Under the pieces are notes generated by a model. The model worked only from the letters and a program-made list of their open reading frames with translations. It did not search any database and was not told the origin of the DNA. A DNA stretch of 62,378 nucleotides, counting the filler, from Globobulimina sp. (taxonomy: Eukaryota): assembly GCA_003354225.1 (NCBI GenBank). It is 20 parts of 20 records of this genome, joined end to end, with 100 filler letters (N's around TTAATTAATTAA, not from the genome) between each part and the next. Parts side by side here need not be neighbours in the genome. Positions count along the whole stretch, not along the records: positions 21,887 to 24,911 come from PIVH01003976.1; positions 25,012 to 28,036 come from PIVH01003977.1; positions 28,137 to 31,161 come from PIVH01003978.1; positions 31,262 to 34,284 come from PIVH01003979.1; positions 34,385 to 37,406 come from PIVH01003980.1; 15 more parts are not named here. The stretch is one strand, 5' to 3'. Positions 23,025 to 35,473 of the stretch are shown one piece after another (positions within the stretch are counted from its first letter, which is position 1; each line of letters begins with the position of its first letter). The translations under genes were made by a program, and so were the position numbers.

Positions 23025-24911
23025 ATGAGCAGACGATCAAACGGAAGACAGCGAACATTAAACGATACAAGTTATGATGAAGAAGAAGAAGATGATGATA
23101 AAGACAGTGAGATATCATACATTGATGGACATAATAACTTAATTAACATTGAAAACATAAATATGGATAATTTGGATGAGTACACTGAAAAAATTAAGTC
23201 AAATGATTATTATAAGCAACTTATTGGTATGATATCCATTGGAATATTAATGGTGAAAATAAACGAAACAAAAACTAATAAGAAAATGAGACATCAATCA
23301 CTATTATTAATAAATGAGAGAGTGATTAATTTAAACATAATACCGTTTTTTTTAACGTCAATACACGAAAAACATGAAAATGAATGTTTATTATTCCTCA
23401 AAGCGATAGCAAATATAGATAATAATGGACTAATTATAACAGAAATGATTGAAAATAATAATTTAATCGCATTATTATTTGATTTAATAAAACAAAGTAA
23501 AAATACTGAAACAAAAAGCATAGCAATATCTACATTGACTGAGATAGCAAGAAATATCGAATGGAAAAAGCATATAATTTCACAAGGTCTGTATACATAT
23601 TTAACACAAGAAATTGAGGTTTATTTGCAATCCCAAAGCAATGACCATTTATCCTCGCAAATATTAGCATGCATTGGATGTCTCAATGTAAATATTGACT
23701 GTTTGTCCACCTTTGATATTATATTACATTTATTAATAAACAAAAGAGACATTTTACAGTTACAGCAAACAGAGAGTTACTTCTTATTTTATAATTTATT
23801 AAAATGTATTCATGCCACACTCACAAAACGAGCAAATATTTGTTTCCAATATTTCCTCGCGTTAATCAACACAAATATCGTTCATAATTTATTCAAAATC
23901 TTGCAAATCGATTATAAAAACATAGCCATTAAGTTATTAAATCGCACCTTAACAATAATTGTGCGTTTATTAGCAAACAACGATAAAGTCGAAGGGAATA
24001 AATACAAAAGGAATAAGTTCATCGATTATATTGTTAGCAATGGATATTTATCCTTATATAATAATTTATTATCTCACCTAACGGATTCAATGAAGGCTAT
24101 TCGTCGCATTTATTGCGATGGCTTATCATATATTTGCGGCGGATTAATCTATAATAAATATGGTGTATTACATTACGATCACGGCTCATTGCTAAAATTG
24201 TTAATTAGTAAATGTATATCGGATGACGATAATATTAAAATGGAATGCGGCAAATGTTTAAGTAATATCATCCTATGCAACGAGCAGCAAATCATACATT
24301 TGCTATGTAATAAAAACGTGATAAATGCGCTGAAATACGTAATGAAAACCTCGTCATTCAAGCGACCGCTTATTCGCTGCATTGAGTCGTTTGATATTAT
24401 TTTAAGTAAAACGCAGTTCCCGCGGGACCGCGGTGTGTATGATTACATTTATAAAGTTGAAAAAGTTGGTTTGGTGGAAGTATTTGAGATATTACAAGCC
24501 GGCGTCGATGATAATGACAAAGTATATACATATTCATATGAATTGGTCCAGAAATATTATAATGATATTTACGGTGTTTCCATTGTGAATAAATCAATTA
24601 TTACATATTTACCACTCGTTACTTACAGATATATTCGTTCTGCATTATCTATACAAAATAACTTGATTTTCAATTCAGATTTGATTAAAAAATATCTATT
24701 TAAATGTAGAAATATCTCGTTTCCCATCAATAAAATAAATGGAATTGTTATTACGTGCATATTACAGACTGTTGCTACGCAAATAATACATAAATCCGCA
24801 TTAGCGGAGAAAGAAAGTGATGCAAATACCGATAATAATTTGTTTAACCATATGCATGATCGCAATCGCAATGATACCTCTTTTCTAACCATATCATCAT
24901 TGCGGTGCGCG
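23025..24911 (+). CDS. Armadillo-repeat protein with an importin-alpha-like final ARM; 3' partial
   Basis: Helical repeats; VEKVGLVEVFEILQ..NDKVYTYSYELVQKYY resembles the importin-alpha C-terminal ARM. Confidence 0.7.
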
Positions 24912-25011
24912 NNNNNNNNNNNNNNNNNNNNNNNNNNNNNNNNNNNNNNNNNNNNTTAATTAATTAANNNNNNNNNNNNNNNNNNNNNNNNNNNNNNNNN
25001 NNNNNNNNNNN

Positions 25012-25645
25012 ATTCAAGAAATTCAAACAAAAATAAAATTTAAGGATATATATTGTGGAGATTTTCATACCTTAGCAATTGATGATAATTATGGTGTTTG
25101 GTCGTGGGGAGATGGTAGAGAGGGTAGTTTAGGCCATGGAGATAATAATGATAGATATTTGCCAACGAGAATACAATATTTTATTCAAAACAATATTAAA
25201 ATTGGTAAAATATGTTGTGGTGTTCTACACAATATATTATTATCATTAAAAAATAAAGTTTTGATCTTTTTGTGTTGTGTTTGTCTGTCATATACAAATA
25301 TATTTTAATAAGATATATTGTTTTGGAAGGAATGGGCAGTATCAATGTGGGAATGGTTCAAATAAAACTGTTTATTTACCACAACCAATTGAAGCATTGA
25401 AAAAGGAAACAATTATCGATATTAAATGTGGAGCCGATCATAATATTATTAAAACAGCAAATAATAAATTTTATTTATGGGGATATAATTATTATAATCA
25501 ATGTTTATATGTTCATGATGCCAACCCACCAAACCGTATTAAGAAACCATTATTATTTAATTCAAATTATTTTGATAAAAATGAAGAAATACTTGAAATG
25601 TATCCTGGATGTAATGAAACACGAATAATAATTTGTAAAATTTAA
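25012..25645 (+). CDS. RCC1-repeat protein, 3' part; intron 25258-25312
   Basis: IYCGDFHTLAI..VWSWGDGREGSLGHG; IYCFGRNGQYQCG; IKCGADHNI..YLWGYN. Confidence 0.9.
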
Positions 25646-25935
25646 ATGAAGATTAAACAAAGTGACATTTATCGATAAGAACTCATTTCTGTATTTTAGT
25701 TTGTTGTTGACGCCTATAAAAAAGTTTTATTTGACTACTATAGATAATAAAATAGAAACGTTTCCGTTTTATTGCATAGTATAAAATGGAAACGAAAAAC
25801 GACAAAAAATATAAAAATGTGATGATTGGGATTTGAACCAAATCGTCTTTAATAAGATGCTATCATCACTATCTTACGGATGTATTTGTTATTCTTTATA
25901 GCTTATAATGTGTAATGTGTGTATTTACTGTTTAG

Positions 25936-26160
25936 GTGCTGTGGATATGTGGAGTGTGGACTGTGTATTTTGTGAATTGTTGCAAATGTTGAAGGAGCTC
26001 CATTCCCTTATCGCCACCATCGGCTCCATTCCCTTATCGAGGAGATATTGAGTCTATTATGGCATATTCACCTAAATATTGGCGCTTTTGCTGCAACAAA
26101 ATCGCTTCCGGCGAGCGATACCACCGAGTCACCACATGTTGCGTCAACTTCCTACGCCCA
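25936..26160. pseudogene. Rearranged MAP kinase fragments: subdomain VIII on minus (26072-26160), subdomain IX on plus (25936-26016)
   Basis: LTQHVVTRWYRSPEAIL (minus) and AVDMWSVDCVFCELLQML (plus), with compatible splice phases. Confidence 0.8.
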
Positions 26161-27297
26161 TTATTCGCGGTGTTGCGCTTCGAGAATATGCAAAGTTGTC
26201 GTTGAAGACAAGAAAGTTTTGTAGTTTTTAAAATTTGAAACATTTAACGTTTTGAGCATCTTTCAAACAAGAAGGAATATTGCGATTAAATTACATTACG
26301 AGTACTTGATATAAATTGAGAATGTTGCGGCGAAAACCAACTCGAATCCCGATTTCTCAAATCGATATTCGTGAATTGGATGTAATTGAAATGGAAAGAA
26401 GTTCAAATGAACAACAAACGAATATGAATAAAAATAAAAAGAAGGAAAAGAAATTTCAATTTCAAGAACAAAGACAAAAGTTACCAAAACAACAAAGAAT
26501 TGGAGTGATCCGAAATCAAATGTGATAATTCTATTATGTTAAAACACATTGCTATTGGTTGTTTTATATTATTTAAAATTCAAATGATTTGGTTAGCTTT
26601 CTGCTTGTATGGGTATATCATTTCTATTTTATCCTTGCGCATTTAATGCATGATAATTTAACACATTTTCATTCTAATATTGCATCCAATAAACAGCATT
26701 TTAGCGCATTATCAGAGCTATACTTTCAATTTTTTCCCATAATATCAGCCGTGTCAATTTACACATATATCAGATATATTACTCAAGCTGATAAACGTTT
26801 TTGTGAAATGATGCTTTGCTTTTTGATTGCTTTGAAATTTGAAATGATCCATATACGGCACTATCAATCAACTCCAATTAAAAGTTGAAATCCGATAGTG
26901 GCATAACTATTATCGTTACAGCTCTACATGTCGTGGTTATCGGATTTCAACTTTTGCAGTTGATCGAGGTCAATAGCTAGTTGTGCCTGTATTGAATCAG
27001 GTGACTAGTTGTGTCGACAAGCCTGACCACCGCAATGAAAACAAAATAAATTCCCAACGAAAAACTGTTTGTTACAACTGTATCATCTAAGACATTAGAC
27101 ATGTCCGTGACAACGGTTGAAATTGCTTCCGTCAAAAGAATGGATCTATCACCATCTACATCCAATACATCGACACAACACTCAAACAATAGTTATATAC
27201 ATGTCCTTATTTCAATCCATACGGAAAATCGCAAAAATAATATTTAATCTCAGATCAACCCATAAATGCTGGCTCACTCAATCCATTTCATAATACC

Positions 27298-28036
27298 ATG
27301 CGACAATTTGCATTCAATCCAAATCCTAGATTCCAATCAAAACAACAATTATCAACAACACTGCCAACAATGCCAACATTACCGATATTTCTGTCCTCTT
27401 CATCTGTATCGCTTCCATCCCCAACAAGAAAAAACAAGAAACGGCCCTTTGCACCAAAAGGAATTCCAAAATACAAAGAGCCGCCATCCAAAAAGAGGAA
27501 AAAAAACAAGAATTATGAAAATGTATCACATATTACACATTTGATAAATGACAATAACCACAAAATACCATCCTCAATAACTAATACACCAAATATTTCT
27601 TTTCATCATAATACAAATAATCGTTCTTTATCCGCACCCAATGAATCCATAACGGATTTTCATAATAAAACTTCGCCATTAATTCTGTTATCAAATCAAA
27701 TGAAAATTAATAATAATATCCAAGAATCATTCCAGAACCTCAATAATTACATACATATACAAACATCGACAAAAATTAAAAAAACAAATGAGATATTAAA
27801 CCATCTGCGTAATGATAATAATGATAATAATGACAATAAAAATAATACGAAATCATTGGATGCAGCAAATAATAAAAAGGTTTCTGATAAAAAACAAAGC
27901 CGAAAATATAAATCGAAATCAATGCCTCAATTACATATTATACAGCAAACAGTTGATGGAAGCGGATATTTAACGCGATCAAAACGCAGAGAATTAGAGC
28001 AAAAAAATAAAAACAATGAACCTAAAAAGCCGCCAC
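27298..28036 (+). CDS. Low-complexity Asn/Lys-rich protein, 3' partial
   Basis: Open frame to the contig end; NLS-like PPSKKRKK. Confidence 0.55.
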
Positions 28037-28396
28037 NNNNNNNNNNNNNNNNNNNNNNNNNNNNNNNNNNNNNNNNNNNNTTAATTAATTAANNNNNNNN
28101 NNNNNNNNNNNNNNNNNNNNNNNNNNNNNNNNNNNNCACTAATGGTATTGGATAATGTGTCCCCACAATTTATGTCAATCTGCAGAGACATTGTGTTTTT
28201 AAAGAAATAATATATCAATAGAAATATAATCAGCTGCGGCATTGTGCGAATTTGCGGATGATTTGAAAGATTATTTAATTTATATTTTCAATCCTCAAAA
28301 GGCGCCATGTTTAATTTAAAAAAAAGCTAGTTCAACTAAAAGATAATTCGTGATATTTACAACAACGAAAGAAAATTAAACACAAAATATAACAAT

Positions 28397-31161
28397 CTAT
28401 ATATCAATCTCATCATCATCCATAGCATCGCTTTCAGGATTATCATACAAGTCCACTCCTTGTGATGTATCATCATTTAACAAATAGTTAGCTGAGGCAG
28501 ATAAAGTGATTGGTGCATCACCAGCAATTTGCTTTAGTTTCTCATCATGAGTCAAAAACGTTATTTTTCTTTTCGTTTCATATCCATATTGATCCGTAGA
28601 TTTATTTTCTATTTCACTTTTAATCTGTTTATATTTTGCAAACCATTCTTGTGCATTTATAATATTTGGTGGATTATGAGGTGGGTTGTCTGATGCCATT
28701 GTTTCCTTATTTTCTCTCACTTTGCTTAATACACTTTGATTATTATCATTATACACATCCGCAAACAAGGTTTGTTGGTCTAATTTCAGTGCATTTCTAG
28801 TAGAAACAGAGTGTGATATTTCTTTATCTGTAAACGTATTCAGTGTGTTACTCTTTTCATGTCCCATTTGTTTATTATTCTCTTCAAACACTCGCGAATC
28901 TCGTAATTGCTCCAATTGCGACGATATTGTCACCATTGGCAAATTCGAATAACTCGTATTTTGCGAGTCATCTTTACTTTTCTCCACAAATAATGTCAAT
29001 GTTTTTTTTGTTGCATCCTTTTGATTAAACTCAAATGATTTTGGACTCATTGGCGATGGCACAGGCATAGCGACACTTGCTTGCCTTCTATTTGGTGGTG
29101 CTTTGATAAACGAGGAACAACATTTATGTGCAATGGCTTGCATACAATCTAAAAAGCCAACACATAAAATCTGTACACAAGTTCTATGATTATACACAAT
29201 TTCAGCACCCGAACCTATCGGCTTTATGGTTAAATGGTCAATACAAATATCATCAGAATGCACAATGTCAAATTCCTCAACAAACTGCCTCAATAAATCT
29301 AACCCAATTTCTTTCATTTCCTCTTTGGTCACCTTGTCATTTGCCATTTTTTCAACCCGCTGTGATTTGTGTTTGTCGTCTTTCAGCAATCTGCCTTCAA
29401 TTTTCATCGCATTCAACGACTCTGAGCATTGATCAATGATAGTTAGTGATAGTTTCCTTAATCCAAATGCTAATTTAAAACATTTTTGTATTTTTTTGTG
29501 CGAATGGATCCAACACGGCTGCCATTCATTTGATTTTAACGTGAATGAAAATTGATATTGCGCCACGGGGTTGTCATGCGAGTAATTTCTCCGTACAATC
29601 CGAAATATTGTGGTCATGATCATTGATATGAATGTGGATAACAACACGTTGATAATAACCAGATACTTTAAAGCTAATAATTTCGCAGTGAAAGCTAGAA
29701 AAAATAAAATGTAGAGAAAAATAGCAATTAAAATGGGTACATCTTGAATTACTACGTTTGTAACGAATCTATCCTTCCGCACGCGTACTAATTCTGAATG
29801 GGACAAATGCATTGAAAATATATCAACGGGGATAATGAGTGAATTGCACGTTTCTAAGGCGACATGCACGCCGCCCATGGTCATGGTTATAAAAATTATT
29901 AACCAGCTCCATAATTCTAACCAGTGACGAGTGACACCGGGCGATGAGGGGTCATTCCATATTTGCAAATAGTGGATTAAATATAATAAATTACATAAAT
30001 ATGAGATTAATAAAGCACTGCACACTGCAAAAAATAATATTAATAACAATTCATCATTGTCGTCCTCATTATTTGTGATTTGTAGTATGAGAAATACTGC
30101 AAACATGATTTGACTGGAAAAGTCCCAAATGGCCAGTAAACACCACAGCACATTGGAATAGTGCAATGGGTCAGTTCCTGATATATATGGTATATATAAC
30201 ATACACTCATAATGTCATCAGCATTTACGTTCATTCACTTCATCGCAACAATAAACACATACAAAATGAACCACATGCTATTATTTAACGCGGTGCTTCC
30301 AAGCTACAGAGCAGAAGTTATCCATATTGAACAAACAGAAGATATTAGCATCAATACACTCATTTCAATCATTACCATTATAATCGCATCATTTATTGTC
30401 ATATTAGTTACAAAATTAATCATTGATGCAGTTATACGACGACAATCAGTACAAGCAAATATTAGAGGAAATCAACAGAAACTTAACGAGATACTGCAAG
30501 ATGACATAGCATTGTTGCGATGATAAGAAATAAAATAAAGACAGACCTTTATACGCGTTACATGTATAACAGCCACTGCAGACACAGATAAATGTGATAA
30601 ATAGCAATGATGTTAAAAGTATCATTGTATAATGCATAGCATCATTGGCAACAATATCGAAGCTATCAACAGTTTGAGTTGTTACAATAAAGGAGCAAGA
30701 CTGCCAATAATTCATTTCAACATTACCTATTGCAAAATGTAATGTATTTATATCATACGATGTCTGTTGCCAATAACGGTCCGGTGTAATATAATAATTT
30801 GCATATTGCTTATTTATGGTAGATAATGAATAGGATTCGCCGGTTGTATCATCATTCAATGCAAAATCAGCGCCAATTAATCCTTGTGTATTATTCACCG
30901 GATATCCTTTATGAATTTATATTTATTGATCAAATATTGCCTGTGCAAGGATAAAGTACCTGGCAGACATAATATTGTGTTGAAAGATGGCGAGGAGTCA
31001 AAGGTGGTCAACTTACTGGTTCCAAACATTGTATGTTGAGTTGTTTGGTTCTTTTCATGCAATCGATACATTTGTATATTTAAGTTGTAATCATTTGCAA
31101 AATACATTGTCGATGTGGTTATTTCCATGCATTGTGATGATGACAGCCATACAGAAAATTG
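28397..31161 (-). CDS. Multi-pass membrane protein with long cytoplasmic tail; 5' partial; introns 30907-30959 and 30178-30546
   Basis: Splicing gives LPG/YPVNN and YKG/TDPLHY in frame; several TM helices. Confidence 0.8.
30266..30523 (+). CDS. Small single-TM ORF (85 aa; 103 aa from ATG 30212) nested antisense in an intron
   Basis: TM TLISIITIIIASFIVILVTKLII followed by a short coiled coil; lies between 13-bp inverted repeats. Confidence 0.5.
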   Translation: MNHMLLFNAVLPSYRAEVIHIEQTEDISINTLISIITIIIASFIVILVTKLIIDAVIRRQSVQANIRGNQQKLNEILQDDIALLR

Positions 31162-31261
31162 NNNNNNNNNNNNNNNNNNNNNNNNNNNNNNNNNNNNNNN
31201 NNNNNTTAATTAATTAANNNNNNNNNNNNNNNNNNNNNNNNNNNNNNNNNNNNNNNNNNNN

Positions 31262-32156
31262 CAGAAATCCATCTTCTTCCTTATAATCTGCTTTATATTC
31301 GTCAGCAACATCAAATAATGGCACATTTTCTGCCCATTCGTCATTTAAACAAAATGAGTTTATCCCTTCTTTTAATTTTTGTTTTCTTTTTCACGGCGGA
31401 TGTTTATATATCATTGCATGACACCGATCTGCCAAATCATTGTCTCCTTCCTCCAATCTTTTGTACGCATAACATTTATCACCGTGGTCGCATTCAGTTT
31501 GGTTAACATGTTTATATTCGTATAAATGCGACAAATATTGTTCAGAAAAAGTACATTGATATTTCATTTTAGCATAAATCGGGCATAAACCATTATTACT
31601 CTTCATTTCTTCACACAAATCGAATTCGAATGATGTTACATTATGTTTATAAATATTAATGTCAGTCAACAAATGCATTCCCAATCCAATAACATCTGAT
31701 TTAGCATAATCAGTAATGTTCGCATTCATATTTTCCAGTCATAATCAGAATAATTTAGTTGCTGTCCAATAAATGACTCAGTTTCAGCGCCGCAAAGAAT
31801 GTGATTGGAGAATGTTGCTTTTCTATCCAATCTATAATATCTTCAATCAGTTTATTCACAGAATATGGATAATTTAAATCAAATGGAACTCTTAAATCAA
31901 AATTGTGGTTAAAATCGGTATTTTGATACAATTTTGAGAATACGCATTGATGGCATTTATCCATATGCATATTCTATTTATAATTATTGTCTGCTTCAAT
32001 GCAAAATATTGTGTCTGTCGATGAGCGGACATTATGTATATTGGATAGCGGTATTATAACGGTCGCGTTTTCTTTCTCATTTCGAGTCTTAAATGTAAAT
32101 AAACAGTGTGGAGTCAAAACTGTCCATCGTGATCTCCATGAACCAATATGGCTGCC
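31262..32156 (-). pseudogene. Decayed PH-domain + PBZ-like zinc-finger gene
   Basis: GSWRSRWTVLT..LFTFK and WINAI (PH domain); CDHGDKCY...HAMIYKHPP; several frameshifts, TGA at 31391-31393 with the frame continuing (KRKQKLKEGINSFCLNDEW). Confidence 0.7.
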
Positions 32157-33143
32157 TACAGATCAGAGGTCAAATACGAATCAATTTAATAATATATAAT
32201 TACTATTTAACTTTTTTTTTGCAGCAATCCTTGTTAGTAAATATTAATTAAATTGCAATGGGAATGAATCAGCTCATTCAAATCAATATGCCTATGTACA
32301 GAAAGGATAACTAGTTGTCTGTATAGAATTGTAATAAAATAGAATAGACTTAATGGAATGCATGGCAATGGATATTGAGATATTGCATGGCTGTAAATAT
32401 AATTCTAAAGGCACTGCCATGATGTTCAGACTTGCAAAATTAAGCTCACACATTTTTCTTGACTTTCTTAATCTAACATTTATAAATCAAGCGTGGATCA
32501 CAATTAATATTAGTACAATCACAATCACAATCACAACACAACAAAACTCACAATATTCAAAAATATAAAATAGCATGCACATACACAGTACAAACATGTA
32601 CATCATGCATTATGATAAATAACAATACATTTTATCTTTAATCTCATTTATTCCCCAAATTTGTAATCCAATTCCATATTCTTTGATATTCTCTCTATCA
32701 AACCAAATCTTACTTTCATTACCATTTATTCTTCAAAATGTGTTTGTGCATTATTTCCTCACTTTAATTGCACTTATAATGTCTGTATGTGATGTGGTTT
32801 ATTGTGTACTTCCCCATTGCCAAATTGTCCAATGTTACCAGATTAATTATCCAATGTTACTCAGTTCCTATGGTTTGGGTATGCATTGATTTATATATAA
32901 ACCATTGATAGCTCATTTATTTTAATATGAATACAGAGTATTATTTGATTACTAATCGCTTTTAAATGATAGGATAAATAACAAAAACAGAAATACTGTT
33001 TGATTAAATCAATAGTTCAAAAATATAATTAGATATTTACACGAATTGCACGAATTACATTAATCATGACACCTAAATGATAATATATATATTTATTTAG
33101 TGATCAAATAATACTTTTTCCGAAAGTCATGATGAATGACTAG

Positions 33144-34089
33144 CTAATCCTTACTGAAGTTTTGTTTCAACACTTTTGCATTGTGTGCCCGATAAGCAAA
33201 CACAAAACAAATACAGGGTTGGAAACACTTTCTATGTATTGATTATGAGATAATGCAGCTGAAACACATGACATTTTGATTCAAAATGTCATGTGTTTCA
33301 GCTGCATTATCTCATAATCAATATGAGGATTGACTATATTTAAAATATGAGGATGGTATTTAATATATTACTATTTCCATCAAACAATGAAATTAATCCG
33401 TTTTCTGTATATTTGGTGCTGTACAATGTTAATCCGTCTGCAATATATAGTGTCAATACGCAATGAAGATGCAATAATGCAAACACAGCAAACATAAACA
33501 CTGTCATAAAATTCGTTGATTCTGCGATGCCAAACAATGGAATAAAATCAACAATTTATATTGTTGTATGCAAAGGCACTAAAATCAATAAACAGGTATC
33601 CGGCAAATATCCAGTCAGTACAACAATCATTGTCTGAGATATAATCGTATGGTGTACAGCATGTATGGTAATATAGCCATCGCCATTCATGTTGAACATA
33701 ATGAATACAATACACCAAATTATCAAATATTAATAATACAACAACGTTATCGATGGATACCATCGCAATGACAATGTTTTGATACATTTTGGAACTAAAT
33801 CAAAAGTAAAAGCTGGTTCCAATATAATTGACATAAATAGACCAATTGCCATATATCCTACGACTGCGGATATTCCTTCTGTGCGGAATAGAGCTCGTTG
33901 CCAATTGAAAATATGCTCTGCTTTTAGTGGATCAGTATTTCGTAATGTTTTGTTTGTTGATCGTGCACTGAAATGGTAATAATATATAGCACATATAAAC
34001 AAATACGGTGTAACTAATGCGACAACGCAAAGAGAAACAAATTCAATCGAATTCAAAGCTGGTAAATCTTCAAAAGTTGCCATCTTCAA
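33144..34089 (-). pseudogene. Multi-pass membrane protein pseudogene with stops, frameshifts and an inverted duplication
   Basis: TM-rich ORFs 33730-34089, 33548-33787, 33340-33537; frame resumes as QNVMCFSCIIS*SIHRKCFQPC after the palindrome. Confidence 0.65.
33237..33323. repeat. Perfect 87-nt palindrome (43-bp arms, 1-nt centre)
   Basis: 33237-33279 is the exact reverse complement of 33281-33323. Confidence 0.97.
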
Positions 34090-34385
34090 ATGTTTTCTCT
34101 AACTATTTTTTAATGAAAACTTTCAAAGAAATTAATAGAAACGTTCAGCGTCAAATGCATGAATCTCAAAGTAAACAAATTTTGTGTAAATAATAATCCA
34201 AACATTATAATCATTGTCAGTGCAGTCAAAAATACAAAAAATACAACAAAATACGTCAACATTCACTCTCCTCACTGCTGATATNNNNNNNNNNNNNNNN
34301 NNNNNNNNNNNNNNNNNNNNNNNNNNNNTTAATTAATTAANNNNNNNNNNNNNNNNNNNNNNNNNNNNNNNNNNNNNNNNNNNNT

Positions 34386-35150
34386 GCTAGAATTGCGGCG
34401 ATAAGAAACAACAACAACAACAATAATGAGAATAGCAATGATAACAATAATGGACCGAGCCCACCTCCGCCACCTGCACCAATCCTCAATTTTCCACGCG
34501 TGCGACCACTACCATTAATGCGAAGGAATAGCATCTCTGTGGTAGCTCGCCGTGGCGGCAGAAATTATCGAATTAATGCCAATCGTAATCATAATCATAA
34601 CCCAGCCAACGATAACGCAGTGAATGCCGTGAATGCACGGTTCCGTGACGTGATTGATCTATTTGATGACATACTGGATGATGAGGATGACGATGATATT
34701 GTGTTTAATGGAATGTTTAATGGTATAATTAATGGTGACGATGGAGGAGATAATGAGGATGGCGATGACGACGACGATATAGAGATTGTGGGATCATACA
34801 ATAGTAATAATAACATGATATTTGTGGATGGCGGTATGAATATGCATAATTTAGTGAATGGAATGGATATCCGTGCGTTTTTAAGACATTTCAGTGAGAG
34901 ATATGAAGGATTGGATGAGATGGAAAGGACGAGAATCATCGACACATTGCCGACGAGAATATTAACGGCAAATGATGTACAAACGAAAAGTTGTAGGATA
35001 TGTATAGCACAGTTTGATGTTGGTGATAAATTGCGGACTTTGCCGTGCTTTCATCAGTTTCATGCAGTCTGTGTGGATCAATGGTTTATGACAAAATTAA
35101 ATTGTCCCACTTGCAGACATTCCATTCGATTACAACAAATGCAAAGATAA
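34386..35150 (+). CDS. RING-H2 E3 ubiquitin ligase, 5' partial
   Basis: CRICIAQF..LRTLPCFHQFHAVCVDQW..CPTCR. Confidence 0.93.
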   Translation, partial: ARIAAIRNNNNNNNENSNDNNNGPSPPPPPAPILNFPRVRPLPLMRRNSISVVARRGGRNYRINANRNHNHNPANDNAVNAVNARFRDVIDLFDDILDDEDDDDIVFNGMFNGIINGDDGGDNEDGDDDDDIEIVGSYNSNNNMIFVDGGMNMHNLVNGMDIRAFLRHFSERYEGLDEMERTRIIDTLPTRILTANDVQTKSCRICIAQFDVGDKLRTLPCFHQFHAVCVDQWFMTKLNCPTCRHSIRLQQMQR

Positions 35151-35473
35151 CATAAAACATAATACAATTCGGACGGTTATTTTATTCATAACTTGTTTTC
35201 TCTCCAATGTTCTTTATTTACTGTATTATTTTATCAATCAATCAATGAAGCATCCTAAATTAAAATATATCTGATTGCATTTACTGATAGACATTCGACA
35301 CTAATATAACTGCGATTGTCAGATAAAATAGTGTCATTTATAGTGAATTCACCAAATTTAAATTACAACTCCAATATAAAATTTATTTTGCTTAAGCTTT
35401 TTTAATTTAGTGTTAAAGTGCATTATACTTCATTAAAAACATATAAATACGTATTTGATTAATTTATGGGATA

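Noticed and set aside
32620-32880. Possible RCC1-like remnant on the minus strand (GNIGQFGNG)
   Set aside because: Too short and broken to support
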